From the NCBI RefSeq assembly GCF_009914755.1, contig NC_060929.1: a stretch of DNA of 64,000 nucleotides; one strand, given 5' to 3'. Each line of letters begins with the position of its first letter. Position 1 is the stretch's first letter. The notes below the pieces were generated by a model, which saw only the letters and a list, made by a program, of their open reading frames with translations, ran no database searches and was not told where the DNA came from. Both the position numbers and the translations under genes were made by a program. The DNA is from the human T2T-CHM13v2.0 reference genome, Homo sapiens. Below, piece after piece: positions 28,137-42,151 of the stretch.

Positions 28137-30338
28137 TGTATTAGTCTGTTTTCATGCTGCTGATAAAGACATACCCCAGACTGGGCAACTTACAAAAGAA
28201 AGAGGTTTAATGGACTTACAGTTCCACATGGCTGGGGAGGCCTCACAATCATGGTGGAAGGAAAGGAAGGGCAAGTCACATCTTACTTGGATGGCAGCAG
28301 GCAAAGAGAGAGCTTGTGCAGGGAAACTCATGTTTTTAAAACCATCAGATCTCATGAGACTCATTCACTATCATGAGAACAGTGCAGGAAAGACCTGCCC
28401 CATAATTCAATAATCTCCCACTGCGTTCCTCCCGTGACACATGGGAATTGTGGGAGTTACAATTCAAGATGAGATAGTCTTAACTCGTGTCAACATTAAC
28501 TCAAAAATTCACAGTCCGACATCTCATCTGAGACAAGGCAAACCCCTTCCACATAATTATGAGCCTATAAAATCAAAAGCAAGTTAGTTACTTCCTAGAT
28601 ACAGTGCGGTACAGGCATTGGGTAAATATAGCCCTTCCAAATGGGACAAATTGGCCAAAATTAAAAGGCTACAGGCCCCATGCATGTCTGAAATCTAGCA
28701 GATCAGTCAAATCTTAAAACTCCCAAATGTTCCCCTTTGACTCCAGGTCTCACATCCAGGTCATGCTGATGCAAGAGGTATGTTCCCACAGTCTTGGGCA
28801 GCTCGGCCCCTGTGGCTTTGCAGGGTACAGCCTCCCTCCCAGCTGCTTTCAAAGGCTGGCATTGAGTGTCTGCGGCTTTTCCAGGTGCTCAATGTGGGTT
28901 GTCAGTGGATCTACCATTCTGGGGTCTGGGGGACAGTGGCCCTCTTCTCACAGCTCCACTAGGTGGTGCCCTAGTAGGGACTCTGTGTGGAGGTTCTGAC
29001 CCCACATTTCCCTTCCGCATTGCCCTAGCAGAGGTTCTCCATGAGGGCCCTGCCTCTGCAGCAAACTTCTGCCTGGGCATGCAGGCACGTCCATACATCT
29101 TCTGAAATCTAGGCAGAGGTTCCCAAACCTCAATTCTTGACTTCTGTGCACTTGCAGGCTCAACACCACATGGAAGCTGCCAAGGCTTGAGGCTTGCACC
29201 CCCTGAAGCCATGGTCCGAGTGCTACATTGACCCCTTGCAGCCACAGCTGGAGCAGCTGGGATGCACCAAGTCCCTAGGCTGCACACAGCATGGGGACTC
29301 TGGGCCCAGACCATGAAACCATTTTTTTCTCCTAGGTCTCTGGGCCTGTGATGGGAGGGGCTGCCGTGAAGACCTATGACATGCCCTGGAGAAATTTTCC
29401 CCATTGTCTTGGGTATTAACATTTGACTCCTCATTACTTATCCAAATGTCTATAGCAGGCTTGAATTTCTCCTCAGAAAATGGGATTTTCTTTTCTATTG
29501 CATTGTTAGGCTGCAAATTTTCAGAACTTTTATATTCTGCTTCCCGTATAAAAGTGATTGCCTTTAACAGCACCCAAGTAACATCTTGAATGCTTTGCTG
29601 CTTAGAAATTTCTTCCGCCAGATACCCTAAATCATCTCTCTCAAGTTCAAAGTTCCACAAATCTCTAGGGCAAGGGCAAAATGCCATCAGTCTCTTTGCT
29701 AAAACATAACAAGAGTCACCTTTGCTCTAGTTCCCAACAAGTTGTGCATTTCCATCTGAGACCACCTCAGGCTGGATTTCATTGTCTATATTATTATAAG
29801 CATTTTGGTCAAAGCCATTCAACAAGTCTCTAGGGAGTTCTAAACTTTCCTACCTTTTCCTGTCTTCTTCTGAGCCCTCCAAACTGTTCCAACCTCTGGC
29901 TGCTACCCAGTTTCAAAGTCACTTCCACATTTTCAGGTATCTTTTAGCAGTGTTCCACTCTACTGGTACCAATTTACTGTATTAGTCCATTTTCACACTG
30001 CTGATAAAGACGTACCTGAGACTGGGCAATTTACAAAAGAAAGAGATTTATTGGACTTATAGTTTTGCATGGCTGGGGAGGCCTCACAATCATGGCAGAA
30101 GGTGAAAGCCATGTCTCACATGGCAGCAGACAAGAGAAGAGAGAGCTTATGCAGGGAAACTACCATTTTTAACACCATCAGATCTTGTGAGACTCATTCA
30201 CTATCATGAGAACAGTGCAAGAAAGTCCTGTGCCCATAATTTAATCACCCCCCACCAGGTTCCTCCCATGACACATGGGAGCTGTGGGAGTTACAATTCA
30301 AGATGAGATTTGTGTGGGGACATGGCCAAACCATATCA
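28137..30338 (-). mobile_element. THE1 (B/C-like) LTR-internal-LTR element
   Basis: LTRs at 29978-30338 and 28137-about 28475 (clipped); THE1 internal region between them; perfect 5-bp TSD atcac. Confidence 0.92.
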
Positions 30339-30413
30339 ATCACTTAGACATTTTATACACAATCATGTACTTGTTAAGAGCATTTACTGTCAGAATGTCA
30401 GTGGGCAGGGGAG

Positions 30414-30792
30414 CTCTATGGTTTGAATGAGTCCTCCAAATTTTATGTATTGGAAACTTAACCCTCAAATTCTTATGCTGATTGAAGGTAGGGCCTTTGG
30501 GAGGTAATTAGGATTAAATAAGTTCATCAGGGTGGAGCTCCCCATTATGGACCTAGTGGCTTTATAAGAAGAAGAAGAGGGACCTGAGTTGACACACATG
30601 CTCTTGCCCTCTTGTCCTGTGATGTCCTCTGCCATGTTATAATGCAAGTAGAAGGTCCTCACCAGATGCCAGCACTATGCTCTTGGACTTCCCAGCCTCC
30701 AGAACTGTAAAAAATAAATTTCTTTTCTTTATAAGTTTTTAAATTACTCAGTCTTGGGTATTCAATTACAGCACAGAAAATAGAATAAGACG
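30414..30792 (+). mobile_element. MaLR solo LTR (MSTD/MLT1A-like)
   Basis: ctatggtttgaatg...ttggacttcccagcctccagaactgtaaaaaataaatttc. Confidence 0.75.
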
Positions 30793-31420
30793 GGGAGCAA
30801 GATCTAACTCTGTTCTGCCACTTATCTAATACAGGACAGTTTAATATTTCTTATCTTCACTTTTTTCATTTGTAAAGTAAGGTTAATAGTACCTTCATGG
30901 TGTCGTGTAAGGGTTATATGGGACAATGAAGGAAAATCTGTGAGCACAGTGTCTGGCACAAATAAGAGTTCAGTTTGTGTTATCTGTCAATTCTCTCCTA
31001 ATGACTAAGATTCTTAATATTTTGGAATTGTATTCGATGACTCTATATCACATTCATCATTATTTTAAAAGATAGGCAATTTGATCACCTTGAGACTGAT
31101 TGAGAAGTTCAAGATCATAGAATGCCAAGTGGCAACATTGTATAATAGTTACCAACATGTAATTGGAGTTCTATTGGCCACTTGGGGGAATGGATTTTAT
31201 AGGTATACTAGAAATGTTAAAGTTTATAGAACAGAATAATTATTGTAATAGTAACCTCAACATCTTGTATTCATATGTATGAGTCTCACTGCTAACTTCT
31301 CACCTCCCATTGCTATTAACCAAATGAGTTAAAAGGGATTCTAGTTATAAAAACAAGCTGAGAAATTTCCTAACATAATACATGCTTGTCTTTGGTTTGT
31401 TCTTATAATGTCTGAGAATT

Positions 31421-31736
<316 letters not shown>

Positions 31737-31984
31737 TAAAAGAGGTCTTACCAGTATTCATCAAAACTTAGTTTTGGGAAATTTATTCACATTTACCCAA
31801 GATTCACTGAAAATACCATATCCCCACAATTTAGTAGATTCTCCCTATCTTTCTTATTCTAAAGACAAAACTTGTCCTGGAGGTCATTTTACTTTTTTTT
31901 TTTTTTTTTTAACCTAAACAGGAAGCAGCCTTCTAAAATTAGCAGACCTTTTAAAAATTAAGCAGGCTTTTGCCAGGCTCACAT

Positions 31985-31987
<3 letters not shown>

Positions 31988-32027
<40 letters not shown>
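31988..32027 (+). repeat. (GT)n microsatellite
   Basis: About 20 GT units. Confidence 0.95.
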
Positions 32028-32028
<1 letters not shown>

Positions 32029-33289
32029 TTTATTTCTGTATGTGTGCATGTATTCATATATGAATGTATGTATCTCTGTGTATCTTTTTGTGTGTTTCTG
32101 AATCTGTATTTTTTTCAGTCATCTTATGGCTGAGAAAAGGCACTAAGAAAAAAAGGTCTGAGAAGTCCATTCATCACTGGGATCTGCCTCTCTGCCTGAC
32201 TAGTGGCTCCCCACAGAGTCTTAACAAGGTGCTGCTGAACCAAAGTTCTTCTCCCCCACCCCAAACCAATACTGAAAACACTATAATATGAGGCTGTTCT
32301 ATCGTCTTCATTCCCAGGCTCTGCAGGACCTCCCCTCCCCCATTCATCTCTAGGCCCATCAGGGATGTGGGCAAAGGAAGCATTAAAATGGATAGATTGA
32401 GAGCCTTGTGAACACATCTATCTTCATACGTGTTGAATATTATGTCAATTATTCATCATTCACAGATATCATTGCAGGGAAAAATCACATTAAGAGGAGC
32501 CAGGAAAACTAAAGGTTATAAATTCCAATCCAGCATAGTCCCTAGTGGCTCTGGAATTCGGTGCCAGTTCCTCTGTGGTGATCTCATTGGAATGCAAGAG
32601 TCCCAGACCTTCTCTTAGGGATGTTTTTTCCCCAGCCTTACCCCCCATCAAGCATAGAGGTGGAAAAGAGTGAAATAAATCTGTAAACACAGTACTTCTA
32701 AGTTTCTTCTTAATTCTGACATCAACTTGAGTTTGATATGTGTGAAAAATATATTTTTCTCTCAGTTGACTCCTCAATGAAGTATTTTTTACAGCCCTAG
32801 ATTATAATAAAAGTGGGCAATTGAGATGGCAAGAGGCACAAGATGAATATTAGAATGGTTGGCAGACAGATTCTAATATTCTGAATCTGGTGGGAGGGCA
32901 CAGATTCTACCCTAGGCAGTGACTCAAGCTCTCCAAGCCTGACTTTCTTCATTTTGTGATTTAGGGATTATTCTGACTTCAGTGGCAAGTTGTGAAGAGT
33001 GAATTTGATAATCTAGATTGCATAACTCTGAGTCCCCTAACCTCATAAAGCTGCCTATTTTTTAATGCCACAGTTTGTGGGAGGGACACTGAACTGTTCT
33101 TCAGAGTTTCTGAGGATTCCTGGGTGAGGGGTGTGTGTCTCTGGAGGGCTCTGTGCTGTAGATGGTTCTCCTGGAGGCCTGGTCTGGCAGATACTGCTCC
33201 GCCTCCCTGTCTCCCTTCCTCCCACTAGATGTGACCCCTTTACTCCATTTGCTCAAAGAAGCACTAACCCAGGAACCATCTAACCATCT

Positions 33290-33960
33290 ATTCACTCAGT
33301 AGATACTCCTTGAACTCCTACTATGTGCTATGGAGGAGCAGTTGTGAACCAGAGGGAAGCCCCTGCTCTCGTGAAGCCTGCATTCCAGTGGGAATGATGA
33401 AACGCAGGCACACGGGACATTTCAGGTACCGGTGGGTGCTGTGAGGGTGATGATGCCATGGAAGATGGGTAGGATGGGTGGTCAGGGAGGGCCCTTCCGA
33501 GGATATGACAGTGAAGGTAAAGAAAGAGCCAGTCACGTGAAGATCTGGGTAAAGAGTGTTCCAGGCAAGGGAGCTGTGAGTTCAAGCGTGGTAGGATAAA
33601 GAGACCGGGTCATTCAACAAACATGAAAGGAGAGAGTGTGGCAGGAAAGCGTGGTGTGAGATGATTAGAGAAGTGTGCAGTCCAGAGCTAAGAGTTCATA
33701 ATAAGAAATTTGGATTGTATTCTAAGTACAGCTGGAGGATTTTATGTGGATGCTTGACATATTTTGGTTTATGGTGGTGGTGGGAAGGTCACTCTAGTTG
33801 CTGTGTGTGGACTAGGTTGTAGTTGTGGGGAGGAATGGGAGCGGGAAGGGCAGTTGGAGGCTTCTGCAGTGGTTAAAGTGAGAGATGACGGTGGCTTGGA
33901 CCAGTGTAGTTATCAGTGGCATGATGGCAATAAATAGATGGGGTCACGAGTTTTTCTGGA
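33290..33960. mobile_element. L2 remnant
   Basis: ggtcagggagggcccttccgagg...agagtgttccaggcaagggag...gagagatgacggtggcttggaccag. Confidence 0.6.
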
Positions 33961-34481
33961 GGCTCTGGAATTTGGTGGCCAGGTCTTATGTGTACAGAGA
34001 GAATCCGCCCATGGATTCAGTGTGGGCAAGAATGGAGTGAGGGAAACTGAGGATGGCTCCTAGGTGTTTTATGGGTTTTAGGTTTTGGCTACCCTCAAAT
34101 CTAGAAAAATTTGGCAATTTCGGCTCACATAATATATCAGCCTTTTTCTGCCTTGAGGATTTTCTCATTAGCTATGTCTCTCCATGAGCCTCTCATCTTT
34201 TCTATGCTCTGGGCTTTCTCTTCTTATGTTCTCTGTTTTGTGGGCTGAATATTTTTGAGCAGGGATGGCATTATTTAGAGCTTTTTATTGGTAGCCTACT
34301 GAGTGCTCAAACCTGTGCTAGTCCCTATAGGGAATATGGAAAGACTTCTTGGAGCCATTATTATGCTAGTGTCCATTGTGATGCTCCTGGCAAGGGCATT
34401 CTCCTATTCCTATGACCACAGAGCTTCCCCTTCCCCTTTGCCCTGAAGATTCTCTCATGGGACTAGTGTTTCATTGAATAA

Positions 34482-34618
34482 CATGTTGGTTATGTGTAGC
34501 ATGCTGGTTACGTGTAGCATGCTGGTTATGTGTAGCATGCTGGTTATGTGTGGCATGCTGGTTACGTGTAGTGTGCTGGTTACGCGTAGCATCCTGGTTA
34601 TGTGAGGCATGCTGGTTA
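34482..34618 (+). repeat. 18-bp minisatellite, about 7.6 copies
   Basis: Consensus catgctggtta(t/c)gtgtag. Confidence 0.92.
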
Positions 34619-37600
34619 GGAGCTCTAGGCTCAGGATCTTGATTCTGCCCTCTTTGGTTGCATGAGCTGTGCAAGCTGCTTAACATCTTTCAGGCTAACT
34701 TTCTATATTTGTAAAATGGGAAACAGACTTCTTAGGAAGATTTTAAGAGATGTCTTACAGGACCTGGCAGATATATGCTCAATAAAAAGTAAACTAGCTG
34801 GTGTTGCTGCTGTTGCTCTTACTGTTGTTTTTATTGACTTGAATAAAGGAATCTTGCACCTGTCAAAATGAAACACTACATAGTAGGTCCTGATATTTTG
34901 CCATACTCAGCTGGTGATAAGAATCAGAGAAGCCAGCCATTTGAATAACTATGATTTATTGAATTCTTACCATGTTCTAAGTTCTTTATGTATACTGTTT
35001 CGTTTAATCTTCACAACAATTCTAGGAGTCAGGTTCAATTGTTATTGCCATTTGATAGATGATGAGGGCAATGAGTCTTAGAGAGGTTAAATAATTTGCT
35101 AAAGGCCACACAGCCTGTAAAGTGGCAGAAGCTGGGACCATCCAACTCTAAAGCCCACATTCTTAGACATTAGGGGATATTGAATGAAGTGTGTGTATGT
35201 ATGGGGGAATTTAAGAGAATATCAAACCATTTGTAGAGTTCTACCCAATATAGAGACCTTATCTAATGTAAGAGAACTCTGAAGACATCTCATTGATTGA
35301 ATGCTCTCCCCTTCATAGCAACTTCTTCTGCGGCTTCCTTGCCTGGTGCTCCAGTCTTTGAGGTATGCTTGATGGTTCTGAATTCAGATTTGAATCATGT
35401 GTCTGCCTGGTTTTTGTACCCTTGGACAGCAAACTTAATCGCCAAGGCTCAGTTTTCTTCCCTTTTTTTTTTTAAAGTGGTTATAATGGTATCTATGCCA
35501 CAGGCTTGTGGTAAAACTTAGTCTGATGAGATCTGATACATGCTGATGTTTATTGGGCACTTAATATTATTATTAGTGAAACCTGGCTAAATATAACTCT
35601 TTGATGAATGTATGTAATTTCAGGGAGTTAGTTTTACTAAAGTACTTGAAAATGTTAATTGATCTAGGATACTTTTATTTCATAGACAACGTATAGGTAA
35701 AGTCAATAACAGTTATTTTAGATTTTGTGAATTCTAGGGTAGTAGCATTAGAATGGAAGTTTTATTTCTTTTAATTGGACTACAGCCACCATTCCATAAA
35801 TCTACTGCACACCTTAAGTCACCCAGTGCTCTTGCATTCATCTTTGTTCATTGCTTGGATGTCAAGCAGTCTGCCTGGAGCTGCTTATAGAGGCCTAAAT
35901 TTAGAATCTGCCTACCTATAAATAAGGTCCAGAAAGATAGATGACTTCGGTCACCTGAAACTGTTATTAGAAAACACATAGACTAACCTATCAAGGGAAT
36001 GAGAGGGAGGACAAGAGAGGTAGGCCTAGGGAGAGGGAGGACAGAGCTTAAAAGGAGGGGTTGTGATGGATTGTTTAGCACCTGTAAACAAAGAACTGTG
36101 CCTGGGGCTCTCCTGGCTGTTGGAAATCCAGCCCAAATGTTCAATGACTCACTCAATCGTTGTTCAGCTTGTTTAAGTCCATGCCATTTGTACATATGAT
36201 GGGATTTTATGAGACATTTTACAACAATTCCCCACCAGTGTTTGGGGAAATCATGTCATAAGATTCAACCTTCTTTCTTTTTCCATTCTGAGATGGTTTC
36301 TCCTAAAATAGCTTTTATGTGCCCTGAGCAGTTGGCTACTCTGTTTCTACTAAGAAATACAGGCTGGCCTCACTGAGCAGGAGGCCCTTGCATTTGATTT
36401 TCAGAAGAGCACATGTATTTGAAAGGATTTCATTGTCCTTTGTGCCAGGAAGCAACAATGTCTGAGTCAGACTCTTCTGGGTGACCAAAAGAAAGACTCA
36501 CCTTATTGTTTTGTTATTCTTTATAGGTGGTTAAGGGTATAAGCTTTGTAGTAAGATGCATTTGGATTCATGCTCTGCCTTCATGTCTCCCCAGCTCTTA
36601 TCTTGGGCAAGTTAGAAACCTCTTGGAACTTATTTGTCCATCTAAAAAATGGGGATGATAACGTCATCTCATAGGTTTGTTGTGAGGGTATTTAAAATAC
36701 TTAGCAGTGCCTGGCACAGAGTTAACCCCTTAATAAATGGTATTGATTATAAGTATGAGGCTGTCTTCTCTGCCTCACCTTTCTCCTTGTCTTATCTAGT
36801 AGTTTTGAGTGGCTGGTCTGTGTTTCCTTGTCATATATGATTTACTTCCTTGCATGTATCACTCTCTGAAACTATCTTATTTAAAATGTTTGTTGTTTCT
36901 CCCCTCCCACTATGATACAAGCATCATATGGCAAGCCTTTGTGCATCTGCTCATACTTGCCCACTCAGGGAGAGCACTGAGTATGCTCTCCATACATAAT
37001 TATTGACTAACTCCCTTATCTGTTTCAGTAACTTTTCTTTCTTCTCCATGATTCCAATATTAAAAAAACCTTTTATTTTAGAATTGAGGGTCTAGACAAG
37101 GATGAGAATGAAAAGGTAATCATTGTTTTGGATTGGTTTGAGGTGGAATCTCAGTTTAGAAGAACTTCTTGGGGAAACTAGGATGAAGACCAGTGGGGCT
37201 TTCCCCTCCGCCCCTGTCAGAGATTGGTGTAAGTATATTCATTAGGACTCTAGTTTCAAGGCCCATAAAATTCACTGAGCAAACTTAAGCAAAAAAAGAG
37301 GTGTTCATTGTAAGGACTCAGGAATGTTTTTAGGAACTGAAGGGAATGGATGTCATCAGGCCCCAGGAATGGGTTGGAAATAGGAATTCTTTCACAAACA
37401 TCTGTTTCTGCCTTTTCGCTCTGCAGATCCACTTTTGCCTCTCTAAAATCCAGCATTTTTCAAACTATCTGTGCTAACACACAGTAAAAATGAGTTATAC
37501 TAAAATGAAATAAAATAAGTCCTGATTTTTTTATTATTAGATTCCACAGACATAAAATTATTCTGTTGAAGTGCTATAAAGGTTCCTAAGTGCTTCCTTA

Positions 37601-38159
37601 CTCTCAGTATCTGTCCTTAATTCCTCGTGGACTGGTAACAGATGGCTTGTAAGCAGGCATGACTGCAGTTTACGCAGCAAATGTGGATCACTTACCCCTC
37701 ATGCTCAGATCCGCACCCCTCCACAAGAAACCAGACCAAACTGAACAGTGATCTTTTAGCCTGCAAGTGTGATTCAGGCTTTGCTCAACGGTCTTTCATA
37801 ATACTCTTGTCTATGCAGCTATGGCCACTAGGTGGGGGCAAAGAATAAAAACATGGCAGCCAGGGGTGTGTCCTTGTTGGGGCGGGGGAAACACTGTTAA
37901 GGGGTGAGCCGAGTGAACACCGGAAAATGGGTCTACGTAGGGAGGTTTTCAGCACTACTGATTCTATTTCTTCTGAAAACATGTCATTAAAAGACTTGTG
38001 ATGCCTGGTGCAGGGGTACACTAATGGAAAGGCTTTGGTTTAAGAGACTTAGGCCAATTCAAGTCCAGCTTAAAAATGCAGAAAGTTACTGTGATATGGT
38101 AATTGCATGGATGAACTGTAAGCCATTAGAGATGAGTGATCAAGAGTGTGGACTTCAAA

Positions 38160-38446
38160 CTGGGCATGGTGACTCACACCTGTAATCCCAGCACTTTGGG
38201 AGGCTGAGGCAGGCAGGTCACCTGAGGTCAGGAGTTTGGGACCAGCCTGGTCAACAAGGCAAAACCCTGTCTCTACTAAAAATACAAAAATTAGTTGGGC
38301 ATGGTGGCGCACACCTGTAATCTCAGCTACTTAGGAGGCTGAGGCAGGAGAATCGCTTGAACCTGAGAGGTGGAGGTTGCAGTTAGCTGAGATTGTGCCA
38401 CTGTACTCCAGTCTGGGCCACAGAGTGAGACTCCATCTGAAAAAAT
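38160..38446 (+). mobile_element. AluS
   Basis: Full dimer; TSD-like agtgtgga(a)cttca. Confidence 0.93.
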
Positions 38447-38952
38447 AAGTGTGGAACTTCAGGTTGGAATCTTTTCTCTCTATTTGTGTGTCCTTAGGCA
38501 AGACATTGGCTTCTCTGAGCATCAGTTCCCTTAGCTTCAAAATGAGCATAATCATTTCTTAGAGTTTTGGTAACTCACTCAGCAACTATTTTGTGGAGCA
38601 CTCAGTAGCATCCAGATACTGGGCTAACACTGAGGGTGCAGTAGTGAACAAGAGAGAAATAGTTTTGCCTCTCCTCGGACCACAGGACATTATAGCAGAG
38701 CAAGCTTTGAATAATAATAATAATAACAGTAATAAAGTACTGTGATCAAACATAAGATATGGTCAAGCACAAGTGTCAAAGCTCATATGTCAAATCTTTT
38801 AGCAATCCTGATTCTGATTTAACTAATATCTGAATAATATTTACTATTTAGAGTTCGTAATCCTCTGAAGCCAGCTTTGTCCACATGTCATTAGAATTTT
38901 GCTTATGGATTTGTTTCCTTCCTCAGTTTTCCTATGTATTCTTTATGTGTAA

Positions 38953-39265
<313 letters not shown>

Positions 39266-39527
39266 ATTTACTTTTTCCAGAAGGTTTTAAATCAAGAAGG
39301 TGAAGAAAAAGCCTCTACTGAGAGATAATAAGGCCAAATTTATCCATTTGTTTGTTTGTCCGTTTGGTGTTTATGGAATATCTTTTGGTTGTTTGGCACT
39401 GAGGACATGGAGGTAAAATGACCACTTTTCAGTAGGAGGACAAATATTTAAATATGTAGGTGTCAATATTGTGGGGTTAGGCATTATAATAGAAATTATG
39501 ATAGGTAAAATTCTTTTGTGTGTGTGT

Positions 39528-39657
39528 CTTTTTTTTTTTTTGTAGAGAAAGGGTCTTCTTGCTGTGTTGCCCAGGCTGGTCTCCTGGCCTCAAGTGATCC
39601 ACCTGCCTTGGCCTCCCAAAGTGCTGGAGTTACAGGTGTGAGCCACTGCACCTGGCC
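39528..39657 (-). mobile_element. FLAM/Alu left monomer
   Basis: Poly-T then ggtcttcttgctgtgttgcccaggctggtctc...gagccactgcacctggcc. Confidence 0.82.
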
Positions 39658-40163
39658 GTGGGAGGCAAAATTCTGAGATGGCTCCCAGATTTCCTGGTGC
39701 CTTGGTGTATGCCCTCCCCTCTGCATCTGCATTCCCTTCCTCTTGAGTGTGGGTGGGACCTGTGAACATGATGGGATATTACTTCTGTGTTTAGGGTACT
39801 AACCAGTTGACTTTGAGTTAACAAAAAATGGCATTATTCTGGATGAACCAGACCTAATCAAGTGAGCCCTTAAAAGGGACTGAGCCCTTCCTGAAGTCAA
39901 AAGGGAGTCAAAGTGTGAGAGAGAAACTTTCCTGTTGACCTGGAAGATACAGACTTCATGAGCTCTATAAGTGCAAGAAAATGGGTTATCAAGTTCCATG
40001 TTAGCTTGGAAGAAGACCCCAGATCTAGCAACCTTGTGAGCAGAGGACTTAGCTAATCTTTACTCAGACTCCTGACCCAGGGAAACTGTGAGATAATAAG
40101 TCTGTGTTGTTTAAAGCCACTAAATTTGCAGTAATTTGTTACATGGCATAGAAAATGAATACA
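39658..40163 (+). mobile_element. MaLR solo LTR (MLT1E/F-like)
   Basis: gggaggcaaaattctgagatggctccc...ttaaagccactaaatttgcagtaatttgttac...aataca. Confidence 0.7.
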
Positions 40164-40780
40164 GAGGTATATATAGATAGCCATGACAGAATGACCTTTC
40201 TTAATTGTGCAAACAGATCTCTGCTGGACTATGTGGGACTGTGAATCAAACTGAAACTTCTGGATGCAGGTGGATTGTGAAATTTGTGAAGTATGAACTG
40301 TTGGTAGATTAAGGTCAATGGCAAAGAAACCAAGCATTTGAAGACTATTTCACGGATTATATATTTGTATTGTTTTAATTACATTAATATTTAATAATTT
40401 TATATGCTCCATATAGTGCCGGGTGGGGGTAAAGGGAAACAATGCAAAGATGTGTAACACAGACCTTGCCCTGAAGAAACTTGTTCTTTATTCAAGGAGA
40501 CAGTTGTGTCAGCTGGCTACATTACAATAACTCCAAATGGAGATCTAAACAATTTACTGGGAAAGTATAATTCAGTCTGAAATGAGTTAGAAAAGCCTCC
40601 ATTTGTTGCATTTGAACTAGGGCTTGAAGGATGTCCCCACTGATGCTGCTGGTTGCCTTTCTAAAAGCCATTTTCTCCTTCTTTCCTGGAAGAACTCTGA
40701 TGTTTCTGGGGTTGGGGGTGGGGTGGCGGAATCTGTGTTTCTCCAGCATGACTCAAAGATTGATCCTGTTTGGCCTAAAC

Positions 40781-40988
40781 CATGGGGTGGCTGACTGGGC
40801 CAAGCAGTCTGCCACGTGTTTTTGCAAATGAATTTTATTGGAACAAGTCACCCAGTGGTTTATGTATTATTGATGGCTATTTTCGTGCTACACAGGGAGA
40901 GTTAAGCAGTTGTGGCAGAGCCCATATGGCCCACACAAACTAAAATATTTACCATCTAGCCTTTTACAGGAAAAGTTTTTTGACCTCT
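40781..40988. mobile_element. MER58A-like element
   Basis: ttttattggaac...atatggcccacacaaactaaaatatttaccatctagccttttacagg. Confidence 0.7.
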
Positions 40989-40990
40989 GG

Positions 40991-41369
40991 TGATATGGTT
41001 AGGCTTTGTGTCCCTACCCAAATCTCATCTTGAATTGTAATCCCCAGGTGTTGAGGGATTACACCCTTGTGGGAGATGATTGGATCATGGGGGTGGTTCC
41101 CCTCATGCTGTTCTCATGATAGTGAGTGAGTTCTCATGAGATCTGATAGTTTTATAAGGCAGTTTTCCCTGCTCTTTCCCATGTGCTCACATTCTCTCTC
41201 ACCTGCCTTCATTGAAGTGAGATGTGCTTGTTTCCCCTTCCACCATGATTGTAAGTTTCCTGAGGGCCTCCCTAGCCATGCAGAACTGTGAGTCAGTCAA
41301 ACCTCTTTTCTTTATAAATTACCCAGTCTTGGGCAGTTCTTTATAGCAGCATGAGAACAGACTAATACA
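40991..41369 (+). mobile_element. THE1 solo LTR (D-like)
   Basis: tgatatggttaggctttgtgtcc...actaataca; TSD (t/c)ctgg. Confidence 0.88.
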
Positions 41370-42151
41370 CCTGGTCTAAGTCATCATGATAATTTCAATC
41401 CTCTTTTCAGTGCCTGATTTAGGAGTGGGAATGCAACACAAATTGGCCAAGGAAATAGGATGGGATCGTTGCTGGGTTTTTTTTAATAGACAAAAAGAGG
41501 CTTTCAAGAAGTTCCTGCTTCTCCTGCTAGATGTGTTTTTGACTGGATGTGATATTTCAAACTGCTAAAGCCTTTGTGACCTTAATGAGAATTAGCCTGA
41601 GAACAAGAGCATGTACTGAGGATATCAGATTGATACCTTGAAAATAACTTTTGTCTCTGACAGTGTCTTTGAGTTGCCAAATTAGCCATCTCTGGAGCCA
41701 TCTTATCTCCAGACTTTTTATTCTGTGGTGTAATAATTTTCAGTATTGTGCAAGCCAGTGGAGTCAGGGTCTTCTTTATTTTTTAATTTTTTTAAGGGTC
41801 TTCTTACTTGCAGTCAGGATCAGTCATAGTGATTCTGATTTCATTGATTTCAGTAAATGGGGAAGGAGGAAAGGATGCTACAAGTTTAAGAAACAGCATG
41901 AGCAAAGTCCTAAAGCATAAATGAATATAGCTTGGCTGGGTATAGCAAGTATTTGCAGGACAGGTAACAGGGCATGTGGGGGGAAACAATGGGAAACTTG
42001 GAATCAGACTGTAAGAGAGCTAGAATGTGAGACTAAAGATTTTAAGATTTTGGAAATTTATGAGCAATAAGGTGTCATTGGAGCTTTTTGAGGAAGAAAG
42101 TAACCTTTTTCAACTCATATTTAGGAAAGTAACTGTAGATGCAGTGTAAAG

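Noticed and set aside
28727-29687. ORFs of 150-180 aa here, and similar ones at 47209-48288
   Set aside because: Fragmented remnants of the THE1/MaLR internal region, not host genes.
34471-34686. ORF with NQHATH repeats and an array-like look
   Set aside because: An 18-bp minisatellite with no unique spacers, in eukaryotic DNA; neither a CRISPR array nor a supported gene.
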